From contig CAXHJY010000702.1 in NCBI GenBank assembly GCA_964016885.1, forward strand, positions 124,001-188,000: DNA of 64,000 nt. The letters run 5' to 3'. This DNA comes from Eledone cirrhosa (Eukaryota). Numbering within the stretch: position 1 is the first letter of the stretch; every line of letters begins with the position of its first letter. This document shows, piece after piece, positions 41,133-54,322 of this stretch. The translations under genes were made by a program, and so were the position numbers. The notes under the pieces are model-generated. The model saw only the letters and a program-made list of their open reading frames with translations. It had not been told where the DNA came from and searched no databases.

Positions 41133-42458
41133 GAGCTGACCTTCAGAGGTCATGTGCAGTTAGTTGCCAAAAATAAAAGATAAGAATATGTGGGAGAAAC
41201 AATGAGGCTATTTTTAAGTAGGTACTCTGGACTGTAATATCCTGCTTCTGGCTGACAGATTGCCCACTTCAAAAAAAATCCAAGAGCTTAAATGAAATTT
41301 AAGGTTACTGAGTGGTAGCTGATGTGCCAGTATAACCCTTTTCTTTCCAAAACTGTTTTGGCAGAAATATGTGGCTTCCAGTTGAGTCATCTTAACTCAA
41401 TGAAGTGAACACAAGACAAAATGACAAAAAATTTAAAAAAACAAGAAAACTTCCTTCTATTCTTGAGAATTCAGAATTTATGCCCAGTAAAATGTTTTAA
41501 ATACTTTTTATTCCAGCTTTCCAAAAACAGTCCCTGGTTCTATGCAAAAATACAACCCATTTTCAGGGGTTGCGGATTTATATAAAAATCTGCCAACATA
41601 ATTTTATGTATGAACCATTTTAATACATTTGATATCAGCCTAGTCCAAACTTGCTCAGATTCTATGAAACAAAACTAGCCATTTTAAAGGGTTCAAACAT
41701 AATGTTATCGAAGAAACATATGTTAAGTTTCTATCATGGTCATGAAACAACTAATAGTGTTAGTAAATCCCTCAAAATTCTTCCTTAAATTATTCAAATA
41801 CCTCATTTTTCATTAAAAATACTCACACACAAAGGATTAATAATATTGTCAAAGAGGATGTGCAACACCTATTCGCCTTTTCATGTCTTCTGGAACTAGT
41901 GGAAGGAGGGGCAAATATTTTCCTTGACATGCATACTTATAATAAAGTTGGCAAAAAAGCCTAATTGTCTAAATCTTTAAATTTCAATATTGCCTAAATC
42001 TTTAAATTTCAATATGCTGGAGGAATAATGGGGAGCATTAATATTTTTTTTTTAGGATCATTTATGTACATATACTTGCAAAAAGGAGTATTTGTTATGT
42101 GCTACGATGACAAAGCTAGAATGTATGACTTTGGCTTTTTTTTTTTTTATTCAGATATTTTAATTTCATTCACAAATAGCTGGTGCATTATAGTAGTTGT
42201 CTTCAGTTTGTACATGGAATTATATTAGGAATTCTACTATTTTCAATAGGTTACAATCTATAATACAGGATTTTTTTCAGGCCATTCATTGTACCTTAAA
42301 AATTGATGTTCAATGAATTAAGTTTAATACTTAAACTATTATAAAATCATTAGAGAAATAAAGTTCAATTTTGCTTTTTTACATATTGTACATTTACTGA
42401 GGGGCAAACATCTTGTTCTTCTTTAGTTCTGAGACTTTGTCGTCATTATTATTATTAT

Positions 42459-42638
42459 TGGCAGTATCGGTAGAGGGTCGGACGCCATGCTTTGACGCAT
42501 AGAGTTACGGCCATTGCCATTCTGAGTTCAAATCCCGCTGAGGTTAACTTTGCCTTTCATCCTTACGGGGTAGATAAAATAAAGTATCAGTAATGACTGG
42601 GTAATTGCTAGCCTTGTGCCAAAAGTAGAAACAATTAT
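42459..42638 (+). mobile_element. SINE family A
   Basis: TGGCAGTATCGGTAGAGGGTCGGACGCC...GAGTTCAAATCCCGCTGAGGTTAACTTTGCC. Confidence 0.8.
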
Positions 42639-42842
42639 TAATATTTTATACTTACTTTCCATGCTCAAATGGCTTGGATGTATTATCATTGTCCAAGGCT
42701 AGACATTTAAGATTACCATGTCTTGAACATACCTTCCAATATTTTGCATAGTTTCTATGACTGGATGCCCTTTGCAATGCCAAGCACATTGCAAGAGAAT
42801 TCTGTCCATGTCATCATAGTATTTTTACTGTTGAAAACCATA

Positions 42843-44408
42843 ATATACCATCTCCACCATCTCTAACATCAAATTCGATAACAACTATGGAATTTACACC
42901 TGCAATGTTGCAACGTGACCTTAAGAATAAGCACAACTATGCCTCCCCTGGTCTTGATGGTTTTACATACCTGCTTCTCAAACGTGGCGGGTACTTCCTT
43001 TTGCACCAGCTTTCTTTCTTCTTTCAATACTGTCTCAACAATGGTGCTACTCCGGAGCAGTGGAAAACTGCCAGTGTCATTCCCCTGTTCAAAAAGGACA
43101 ACTGCATGTCACCTGTCAACTATCGTCCAGTCAGTCTTACTAGCTGTATTGCCAAACTGATGGAATCCTGTGTCAGAGAAACACTTTGGAACTTCTGGAG
43201 CTCTCACAGCCTCATCCGGCCCTCGCAGTTTGGATTTATCCCTAACTCCAGCTGCTGTGATCAGCTTATCGATGTGAGGGATGATCTTTTTAACTGGTTG
43301 AAATCCTTCATTCTCAGCTGAAAAGAGGTAGTCACGGTTCTAGGACAGCATTCTTCACTATATCAGATGTCATCTGGTGTACCACAGGGATCTGTTCTTT
43401 GTTCGTGGCATATATTAATGACATAGATGCCAACTTAAAGAACTCCATGGTACTGAAATATGCAGATGACATGAAGCTGTACCTTGAAATCTACAAATCT
43501 TTCCTACAATCAGACCTGGACACAATGCAGCAATGGATCACAGAGTGGCAACTGAAGCTGGCTGTGGACAAGTGTACCACCATGCATTTTGGGAGGAAAA
43601 ATCCAGCGTCCACATACTCCCTCCACAACACTGATATCAAGAAGTCCTCTTGTGAACGTGACCTGGGCATTACTGTCAGCAGCGATTTATGTTGGACAAA
43701 GCATGTCTCTAAGATTGTCAAGAAGGCCGAGGGTGTCTTGGCATCACTCAGCAAGACCTTTGTTAGCAGCTCTCCAGCCATCTATTTAAAGCTGTATACA
43801 GCTATGGTACGACCACACTTGGAATTCGCATCATCAGTCTGGAACCCCTATCTTGCTCAGAACATTGACCTCCTGGAAACTGTTCAGAGATGTGCAACCA
43901 AGCGCATACCCTCCATCAGATACCTACCATACTCTGAACGCCTTGCTTCCCTGGGCATGGATTCATTGAAGCTCTGACGTCTGGCAATGGACTTGGTAAA
44001 CACCCACAAAGTTATTAACCATCTCGCCAACAACAACCCTGACCACCTTTTTGATCTCCATGTGTCTAACACACGTGGACATGCCTACAAAATCAGAAAA
44101 CAGCACAGCTCCCATGACTTTCGTAAACATTTTTTCACGTTCAGAGTTGCTGAAGCATGGAACAAACTGCCTGCGTCAGTTGTTAGCTGCCGAGACACTG
44201 CATCCTTTAAAACCCTCATGCTTCCCGAAATACGCCAAAGCTACACCTGATGTACCCCTTCCATACACATGCACACATGTGTATATCATGACTCATGCAC
44301 TGTTCATTTTCCTGACGTTTGTACATTACCCTATGTACTATACATACACTTTTTGATGAGTTGTAGTGCACCTGAGCACTGTACACAATAGTTCATTATT
44401 ATTATTAT
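42843..44408 (+). mobile_element. CR1 LINE, 5'-truncated and decayed, with (ATT)n tail
   Basis: NYRPVSLTS, QFGF, YADD, VRPHLEFASSVWNP, TRGH, WNKLP. Confidence 0.9.
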
Positions 44409-45696
44409 AGCACCAACACTAGTGGAAATACTATGTAATCAGCAAGACTGAAGACTCTTCTCTCTGCTATACTGTCTGTTTAATCACCAACCATTTTACA
44501 AAATATATCGAGTGTATATTATCATCATACTGAGTGGTTACCATTGTGATAATAATACTAGAATGGTTGTCTTCTCCATAGTATGTTTAAAAAGACTCTT
44601 CCTCTCCCTGCAGTCACCAACCTCTTGCCACTTTAAATGAGTCATAAATTTCCTGCAACTATATATAAAATTATACGATTTTTTATATGATGTATCAGGG
44701 CCATTTGATAATGAAAACAAAAGAACACATTCCCATGTATGTTACTTCATTCCATGCACTATTGAACCGAGAAATCAGTGCCCAATGATATAAAGATGGC
44801 TTTATATATTGATTACTTCAATTTTACTGTGGGTCCTACATCAAACTCTAATTACTAGCTTATTTCTGGCTATATAAACAAACACGGCTAGAATAAATTA
44901 TAGTCTAATCTTCTGTATGTGCTAACCAGGAATACAAATTCAGACAGGTGGTTTTAAATTACTCCCTCAGATTGACAATTTTGTATTCAGTCTAGCAAGT
45001 AGCGTTATACAGGAAAAGAAAAAATTAATGAAGATAAAAGTTAATTACAATTGAAAGAAAATGAAATTTCTTAACATGGATTGATAAACTGTTATCAATA
45101 AACAAGTGTTTCCAAATAAGAAAACAGGCTTCCTCTATCCATATCAATTATGTTTTGTTTCTTGAATAATTTTGGTGAGACTAAGCTTTTAATTTTAACT
45201 GAGTGCAAACAGAAAAACATGTCTTCCATAAAAATGAGGAGCAAGGACAAAACATATTATTTGTCATGAATATCATTGCATGAAAAGAGAATATCAAAAC
45301 ACAAAGCTTGAGAGATGGTGGGTGGGAGAATAAAGAAACATAAAAATCCAATTTAAATTTGAACAAATTCAAGAATTATTGTTTTTAGTTCTGTTTCTGG
45401 TTTGTCATTTTTATTGGAGAAATTTGGGTTCTGTGACAATTTTATTGATTTCTAGGCTTTTAAGAAGCACCATGTCAGCAGCTTGTTTTGTTATTGAATT
45501 GAAACAGATCAATATAACTTTGCATATTGATATTTTTACAAATAACATATGAAGTAACTGTATTTCAATATTATAGTAAACTACTCTGCTAGGTATTAAA
45601 ATACAATACTTAATACAGCTTTATTCTATTTTACTTGATAATATTAAACACTATCGCTTTTAAACTTAATACATCAATATTTAGTATTTTGTGTGA

Positions 45697-45780
<84 letters not shown>

Positions 45781-45881
45781 GTGTATGTATATGTATATAG
45801 GTGAAGAATAAACAAGACAAACATAGTGATGCAAAACAAAAAAAAGTCTCAATTTCACATTTAAGAAGAAACAAATAAAGG

Positions 45882-45917
45882 TTTTAATGTATCGGACATA
45901 AGCCCTTCTTCAGGAAA
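45882..45917 (-). ncRNA. Decayed hammerhead motif near a TA tract
   Basis: CTGAAGA a GGGC ttat GTCC GATA catt a (GAAA>GATA). Confidence 0.4.
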
Positions 45918-47858
45918 TCGTAATTTCAGAGACAGAAAATACTGGAACAATAGTGTTTGGAATTAATCTGGAAGATGTCATTCTCAATAAAAATTGAGTT
46001 AGACAGATGAATACAAACTCAATGCCCCTCCTTTGTTAGGCATACACCTACCAATGTAACTTAGTTATAAGTGACTTTAGAGTTAGAGCCAGCCAGATGA
46101 ACATGCAGACAGTAGGCATTTTGGAATAAAATATGGAAGTTACAGGAGCCATCAGATGGTCCACGACATTTAAGACAATAAATTCAAAGAGAAAGAGATT
46201 TTCAATATAGAAAAGCAAAAGTTTCTGAGAGATAATCTTCTGAGGTTTGCAGACAAGATCTATGGCTGGAACATGGTGACATGGTAGTAGAATAGTAGGT
46301 TGGACAAGGCCAAGTAAATCTAAGAGAGAGGCATGAAAAAACTGGCGGGATAAGGAAAGCAGATTTCTCTACCAAGAAACTTGGTGTCGGGTAAATTCTG
46401 AAAAGGGGAAATGGAAAATATAAAGTTTGTACATGCCCTATGCTGTGAGGATTAAAATCATGAGATATTCTGAATTGCAAAGCAGTCTGTTAGAGAAAAG
46501 ATTCTGTAATTGAGATGTTTGTCTGTAATAACAATGGTTCACCTGCCCTCACAGATGCAGAAATAGAAAGGGTGGAAATGACAAAATACATGGGAGAAGG
46601 AATTCTTACTCTAGGTTGGCCCAACTGAGGAACTTGCCGTCCAAATTAACATATGTATGGTTAGTAAGGGAATGAAAGAGATGTGAAATGGTAAAGCAGC
46701 TGGACAATGAGGGATAGTTTTTCATGAACACAGTATGCCCCTGCTTTGCAAATTGAATTAACAATGTTATGATCATGAGTTCACTATCCTACACATTGGG
46801 CCATCAGCCTTCACAAATAGTAAACCAGCATTTTGTTTATTCTTTGTGACTGTAGTACATTCTTATGTGGGCACCTAACAAATCTATGCCAATAGATAAC
46901 ATTTTTGAAATATTTGTGTATAAATGCTTTATCAAATCACAATAAAGCAAGATATCTATAGGAGTTAATCTGTGTTCATCTTTGCATCTGCTGTGGGCTG
47001 CTTTTGTCTTTTGGCTTACAGTTGTATATAATTCATTCATATTATTGTTACTTTTTAGATACATCTTCATTTAGAAACTTAGTGAAATGAAACTTTGTAA
47101 ATTAATTACTTAATGACATTTACATAATATTCATAGCTATTCAGCTTCAAATGTCAAGCCCCTTGGAATACATTACTTCAAGAAAGATTGTTTTTGAAGC
47201 CTTTTGGCAGTATCTAGATTTATAGATCTACTCTCAATTGCTAGAAGATAAATTGAAAACTGTTAATAGCTTTCATTCTTTTCTACCAAATTCTACATGT
47301 ACATTTGCATACACACATGTTCATTTTGGCATGAATTATTTTTCCTGTTCATGTAGTTATGAAAAAAAGCTATAGGTTAATTTGGCTTGTTGAATATTGA
47401 GATTTCCAAAATGCAGATATATTCCTCGGTTAAAAATACAATTTCCATGATTGTGTCATTTCCAGTGATTCAAATGTGTTAAAGGAATTTTCAAATATAT
47501 TTTGAGAGAATATTTACATAAAAAAGAATTCTTTGAAAAAGTGTTGGAGTGTTGAAAAATGTAAATATGTATGAGCATAGATGTAATAGTAGACATTTCA
47601 TGTTATTGCTGCCACATACACATGCATATAAACAAGCATCATCATTATCATTTTTGCATCTGCATTTCCATACTGGCATGGGTTGGATTTGCATGTGCAT
47701 ATCAGTCTATATCTGTGTGTGTATATATATATATATACGATATATATATGTTTTCACATACTTTATATACATACACATATACATATATATATATATGCAC
47801 ACATATATATATATATATATATACATGTATATATATATATATATATATACATATATAT

Positions 47859-48117
47859 GGTGGCTGCCAACTCGTTTTCGAGTACGGCCACTACTTTATA
47901 TCATGTAGGAGAAACCCTACCGATGCGCTGAACGAGTGTGACTTTTTAGTCCAGCCAGCGACTTGAAAACTCTGATACAAACACTACACTTGTGACAATT
48001 ATTGACACATAGTGCTGGGCCCATGGTACCATGTGACAAGTGCAGAGAGATCACCAGATATAAAGCAATGCCTGTGCCGTGAAGCTTTTATAGTGAGCAA
48101 AGGCACTGCACAAAGCC
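47859..48117 (-). mobile_element. Bipartite RTE-derived element, 5'-truncated copy
   Basis: Same 3' boundary as 23716; encodes CSVCIRVFKSLAGLKSHTRSAH. Confidence 0.8.
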
Positions 48118-48139
48118 ATATATATATATATATACACAT

Positions 48140-48447
48140 ATCATCATCATCATCATCAACGTTTAACGTCCGTGTTCCACGCTTGCATGGGTTTGGACGG
48201 GGGTTTTCCCACTTGAGGCAAGAGTTTATGATTCTAGGCCGTGCTTCCATGTTTGGAATTTCTTCTCTAGCTCGGCCATTGATTCAGCTATGAGCGTTAG
48301 ATCATCTGCGTATAGGAGTTCTAATTAGCAGCCGGTCTTGAACTCCTCTGTTATAGCCTGAAGGGCAATAATAAATAGCAGGAGGTTAAGGACGGAGCCC
48401 TGATGAACACCAACCTTTACGCTAAACTCTTCACTATATTCGTTGTT
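48140..48447 (-). mobile_element. Internally deleted RTE copy
   Basis: The 3' terminal ~85 bp are joined directly to the RT segment containing GVHQGS...YADD. Confidence 0.85.
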
Positions 48448-48739
48448 AAAAGTCAATATTAATAGTTTCCCATTCAGGGATCATTTAAAATCCATTATCT
48501 TAAAATGTTGAAAGGGGCATCTAAATAGGTTGGTGCCTATGGCTCTAAATCATTGCTTCAGAAAGAATAGCATGTTGAACATAGATTCATCAGGCCCACA
48601 ATATTAACCTCTTCTTTAGTAAAAAAAAATAAAATAAAATAAATCAGATGCAATTAATAGCCTTAAAACGTTTGTTACTCAACATCCAAAGCTTATTACA
48701 AGATTTTTATGGAATGTCAATAAGCACTTGGCTGGAGCT

Positions 48740-49175
48740 CCTTTGTCTTCAATGACTGCTGGGTTATGTTGTATCAAGGAAAAACAAATATGTGATTCTG
48801 CTTAAGCCTGATGTGATATTAGGTTGTCTTCATAGCAGCCTATACCTCATCATTACTTTTTAAACTATACTCTATAGATTATCTATACTTTATACATTTT
48901 CTATGGTATGTAGATCATGTGAATTACCTGCATTAATGTGATGAGTAGCAAACCAGACATTTTTTTTTTGGGGGGGGGGGGGTATCGTGTGAGCCAGAAC
49001 ATAAATTCCACATCACCTAATTAGTCAGTGTTAGATGCTTGTGGAGCCCCAATATTTCTTGGTAGGCTGCTGCATTGAACACGATGACTTTGACTAAATG
49101 CCGTGATCTGGCACTTGTGAATGACATGGCCCCACAAATCATCACTGACGAGGAACTTCATGTTAAAATTCAAAC
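48740..49175 (-). pseudogene. Tc1/mariner transposase fossil
   Basis: SVMICGAMS and GNSHDLHTIEN match the Tc1 motifs VMxWG and SPDLNPIEN. Confidence 0.6.
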
Positions 49176-51844
49176 ACTCCTTCAAATTGTGTGAGCCCTA
49201 CAAAGCTAGTCCCTACTTTAGTAGGGAAAATAGGCTTGTGTGCTTGTTATTCATATGACACATTACCTTTGTGTTTCAATGCCTCCATAATTAAATCATT
49301 CAGTTTAAAACAGACTTATGCATATGCAATTGTTTATATAAATGATTATATATAGCAATTGAGAATACTGAGAATGTATTCCCAAAAATTTGACTGTTTT
49401 ATTCTATCAAATCTTTTCGATGTCCTCAGATTCATTTTCATAATTCTATCCCATAATCTGCATTTTGTAATGCAGCACAGAATATTTATATAGAAAGTAA
49501 ATTGATTGGTATATTCAACATTTTGTTATGCAAGTTGTTTTTACACTCATACTTGCAGGCATAGCCATGTGGCTAAGAAGTTAGTGGTGTAAACATGTGG
49601 TTCTGGTATTATTCCCATTTTGAAACACATTGGACAAGTGTCTCCTCCTTCTATGACCTTGGATTGACCTTGGTTTGTGAGTGGAATGTTGTTGATTGAA
49701 ACTGTGTAGAAGCCCATCATGTATGTACATTCCTCTTTCTGAATGTGTGCTTAAGTTTACTGTTGTTAACTGACATCAGTATGCCATAAACAGAACTTAG
49801 TGATTCAAAAATGACGATCTATAAAAGAAATATTCGCCAGTGTAAAAAGTACTTGTACTAACATGATTGGATAAATCCCTTTATAACCTCTGTCATGTTC
49901 AGAAACTGAGAAATAATACAGAAAGCCATTCTTTCTGTTCAGAAAGTCATTACACATTTATATGGAGTCTCAAAAAGAATCTAGACCAAAAAATATAATA
50001 GTTGGAAATAAACCTGCTAAAATTGATTAAATCTTTTGGTTTTCAATTTTCCGTAATAAACTCAAAATTTTCTGCTATTTTTTTTATTGATATCTTTACT
50101 TATTTTACTTTAAAGACATTCTTTTCTTCTTTATCTTTAATAATTGCTTTGAATTTTTTAACTTAGGTAGAAAATTGCTGTCAATGTAATTTATCAGATG
50201 AAACGTAGGTTGAAATTTTTATATTAATAATTTCCACATGGCTTGCATTTGCCTAATAAGAATTTTCTTTCATTTTTTCCCATCAGAATACTCTAAAAAG
50301 TTTGTAATTAGGTTAAACTAAACAGGTTTTGCTGTCCCTAACTCTCAAGACTACATTATCATATTTCATACTCATAGACACCATCATCCACATTCCTTCT
50401 AATATTTAATCCCATGTGTGAATTAGTTTCACATAACACAACAATAAACTCCAACTATACAGTCTGTATTGTGAAAATGTGAATTGTTGGGGAAATCATA
50501 TTCATATCTTTAATTCATTTTATACCAAACTGCTTGAAACAACACTTGGTTCTATGATATAGAACTTTATTTTTTGGAAGTGTTTATACTTTTCTAAAAA
50601 TCTCACTTCATAATTTCATATAAGAACCTTTATGGAGCTATGTTCCAAACAGCAGCTTGAAAATAAAAAATGTTAGTTATATTACTGAATCCCTCAAGTT
50701 CTTCATTATTTCTTAAATATCTCAGGCAGTGTATTTCATTAGAATTATTGTCAAGAAAGGGTTGAAAGACTACAAAAATATGACAAACTGTAAATCTTTA
50801 AGTCCAACATCTTGTTTATTATTGTTATTGTTATTATTAATAATAATAATATAACCACAAAAATAACAACTGCTTCTGTGTGGTGTCATCATGCAAGCGA
50901 AAAGATACTTGACAGAAACATATCTAAATCTTTTTCTGAGTTATTGGGAGAAGAAATCAGACAGAGATAATTGAGACTTTTATATGCAAATAGCCTATTT
51001 ATGGTTTCCTTTGAAGTTTGCTGTGATTAGATTAAATTAAAATTGTTTCTGAAATGTTAAATCGATACTACAAACATATTTCCCCCTTACTCTTTGTCAA
51101 AATTCAATTACATATCTGCTTCTATAAAATCTTCCAAATTCCATTTTGTAATGGAATTGTATATAGCAGTAGCATTGATGTGTAGTTGATTTATTTCCCT
51201 ACTTATTTGGTGAAAGGAGTCATTTATTTGAATGTTCCCTTCATTCCAGATGTTATACCTAAAAGAAATTGAACTTCTAGATGTAGTATAATTTCTTTCC
51301 TTCCAGCCTTTAACTCATTACATCAACAACTCACTCTTTCTATATCTCAGTAATCAAAAGATATGGATCAATAAACTTGTCCTTGATCCAATATTCTCTG
51401 TTGAAATTTTCAAAGCTCAGTATTTGCATTTGAAACTTCTATGCACTTCTAAAGAAAGTATTTTATTTCATTCATCAAATATGAATATGGCTGTGTGGTT
51501 AGGAAGCTTCATTGGAACCATGTGGTTTGTGTTTGGTCCCACAGTGTGGCACCGAGAGCAAGTGTCTTCTGCTAAAGCCATGGGGTTGACCTATACTTTG
51601 TGAGGCAAATTGGTAGACAGTGTGTATGTATGTATATATATATATATATGTGTGTGTGTGTGCATTCTTTCCTTCTGAATGTCTTCAAATTTGACCTTGC
51701 CTGGGCAGTTGATGATGTTTATGTTAAGCATAAGAGATATATATCTTACAGCTCAGTGGCTCAAAAATATCAAGGGTTGGCACCAGGAAATACATCCAGC
51801 CAAAGAATATTATCTAAAAAAAAAAACACGAAAACATTTCAATA

Positions 51845-52095
51845 GGCATCATCCACATCATTACCAGTACTACCTCCATCTTTACAATCATTAGAACTCC
51901 CTCACCATAAATACTACAGCCATCACAACTATCATCACTACCAACCAGCATCATCCCAACTAGCACCACCTCATCCAGAACTATTACCTCCACCAGCACC
52001 ACCACTAATAGCATTACCTTCAATACCACCAAAAATATAATCAATATAATCACCATCACCAACACTACAATCACTACCACCACCACCATCATCAT
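51845..52095. repeat. Degenerate (CAC/CAT/TAC)n low-complexity tract
   Basis: Direct reading. Confidence 0.8.
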
Positions 52096-52237
52096 GAGGA
52101 AATGTCTACATTCATATAGAGTAGAATATTCTGACTAAGCATGGCTTAAGATAAGGAAATCTTACTTTCATTATGAATGCAGTAGCCATTTAATTTGTTA
52201 AACAAGTGCAAGTGAAACAAATGTTTAGTGGATAATA

Positions 52238-52427
52238 GTTGTTTCTACTTTTGGCACAGAGCCAGCAATTACTCACTGCATTACTGGTACTTTATTTTAT
52301 CGACCCCGTAAGGATGAAAGGCAAAGTTAACCTCAGCGGGATTTGAACTCTGAATGGCAAGGGCCGTAACTCTATGCGTCAAATCATGGCGTCCGACCCT
52401 CGACCGGTACTGCCAATCCACCGCCAC
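52238..52427 (-). mobile_element. SINE family A (a second diverged copy follows at 52440-52660)
   Basis: Reverse complement of 42459-42638. Confidence 0.85.
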
Positions 52428-52739
52428 ATTAGTGGATAATAATGGTTTCTAATTTAGGTACAAGGCCAGCAATTCAGAGAGGAGAAAGTATAGATTAAAT
52501 TGACTTCTCTACTTGACTGGTGCTTTATGTTATCGACCTGAGAAAGATGAAAGGTAAAGATATTCTTGGTGAAATAAGCCCCCCCCCTTCCCCCCCTCAA
52601 AAAAAGAAAACAAAATGAAATAACATTAAGCATTGTCTGACATTCTAATGATTCGCCCAGTCCAACATCTGTAGTTAGATAATAAGGAAATATACAAGGA
52701 AAGAAATATGTGTGTGTTATACATCTCTCTCCCCACTCC

Positions 52740-53133
52740 CCTAGGACTCCCCTGCTTCTTCTTTAACACTGGTCCCTACATATCAATCCTCACCACTCTC
52801 AGAGGTATGAACCATTCTTTTCGCATTTACCACTCCTTCACTAGCACTTCCACCAACATCATCTATGCCCTGTGGTGTTCCCTTTGTGGGTCCATTTACA
52901 TCAGAATAATGGACTGCCGTCTGGAGCACAAGTTCGCCGTACACCTGAGGGACATATGACTAGGTAAAGACACTGCTGTCGCTCATCACTTCCATTCCCC
53001 CAACCACTCTACTCAACACCTCACTGTCTCAGGCCTCATTTTACACCACAGATTCACAGCCACTTACACCAGACCAAGCAGATTTTAATTTTCTGCCTTG
53101 GAACTACTTTTCCGGATGGACTCAATTCTCCTC
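52740..53133 (+). pseudogene. Penelope-like element GIY-YIG endonuclease remnant (Neptune-like)
   Basis: SFTSTSTNIIYALWCSLCGSIYI...RLEHKFAVHLRDI*...VAHHF...HS...LIFCLGTTFPDGLN. Confidence 0.8.
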
Positions 53134-53983
53134 CACAGTTCCTATGACATAAACACATGCATATACACACACAACTCCAGCCACCACACAATACACACTC
53201 ACATTTATAATATACATATATGTCAACCAACATCTGCTTCAATATAACCAATTAATCTTACACTTTCTGATGCATGAACACTTATGTGCATATGCCCACA
53301 CACACCGCCCTCACATATTCCAGGGATCATGTACATGTGTGTTTGTCCATTTGTATCTCTAGTGAGTGCATCTGTGTTCACGTGATACTCAATGCCATGG
53401 ATGTGGTGCCGTCAGCATTGAATGTTTCCTAACATTTACTCTGTCCCCCAACACACCCTGGTACTATCCACCTTCACACTTTGTAGCTTAGCTATTTATA
53501 GTTGCACCAACATATCGTCGTATCCGAAGTGAAACAGCGTCTCATACAACCATACCATTTAATGAAATATAAAGACAACGATCATATTCGCTCCCACCTC
53601 CTTTCTACGCAGCCTCCTATTTATATGTGTGTATTTATATGTAGAAATTCATATACAATCTTCTACACCCCTTTACGTTTGATAGTTCACTCGTTCATGC
53701 TTACTCACACATCCACACTCTCACACCGGCCAGTCTGGATCGCTCCAATGCCCATTCTTTAAACTCACCTATACTTGCACACATACATGTCCACCCCACA
53801 TATACGATGATTACCACCCTTCCTAAACCCCTCTAACACATAAGATACACCTTGCCTGGCACAACTTCAAAATGGCTAACTAAATATGTACGTGTGTTTT
53901 TCCCCCAATTCCAGTCTTTAACTTTCTACTATTTTTATGTTTATCTTTTGATGGAGGACAGGTGTCTGAAATGATAATATTAT

Positions 53984-54213
53984 ATAGTCTTTTACAATTA
54001 AATAGCTCAGAGAAAGGAATATTTCAGAACCGTGTGATACAAATGAATATATGATAGGGATAAACACTGATACAAGTATACATGTGTTCGAACTTGTATA
54101 CATTGCGAACACATGGATACTTGTATCAGTGTTATATCCCTATCATATATTCATTTGTATTACACGGCTCAGAAATATTCCTTTCTTTGAGCTATTTAAT
54201 TGTAAAAGACTAT
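53984..54213. repeat. ~107-bp-arm inverted repeat
   Basis: 53984-54090 / 54106-54213. Confidence 0.92.
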
Positions 54214-54322
54214 TTGAGTTTATAATATATGTAATATATATAATATTCTCGGCTATATACGTAGAGTTAATTTTTAGTCCCATAAAACCGGCTGCTATTT
54301 TTAGCAGCACGAGTGTGTATAT

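Noticed and set aside
51814-52095. Hydrophobic Val-rich ORF as a membrane protein
   Set aside because: Antisense reading of a degenerate trinucleotide repeat.
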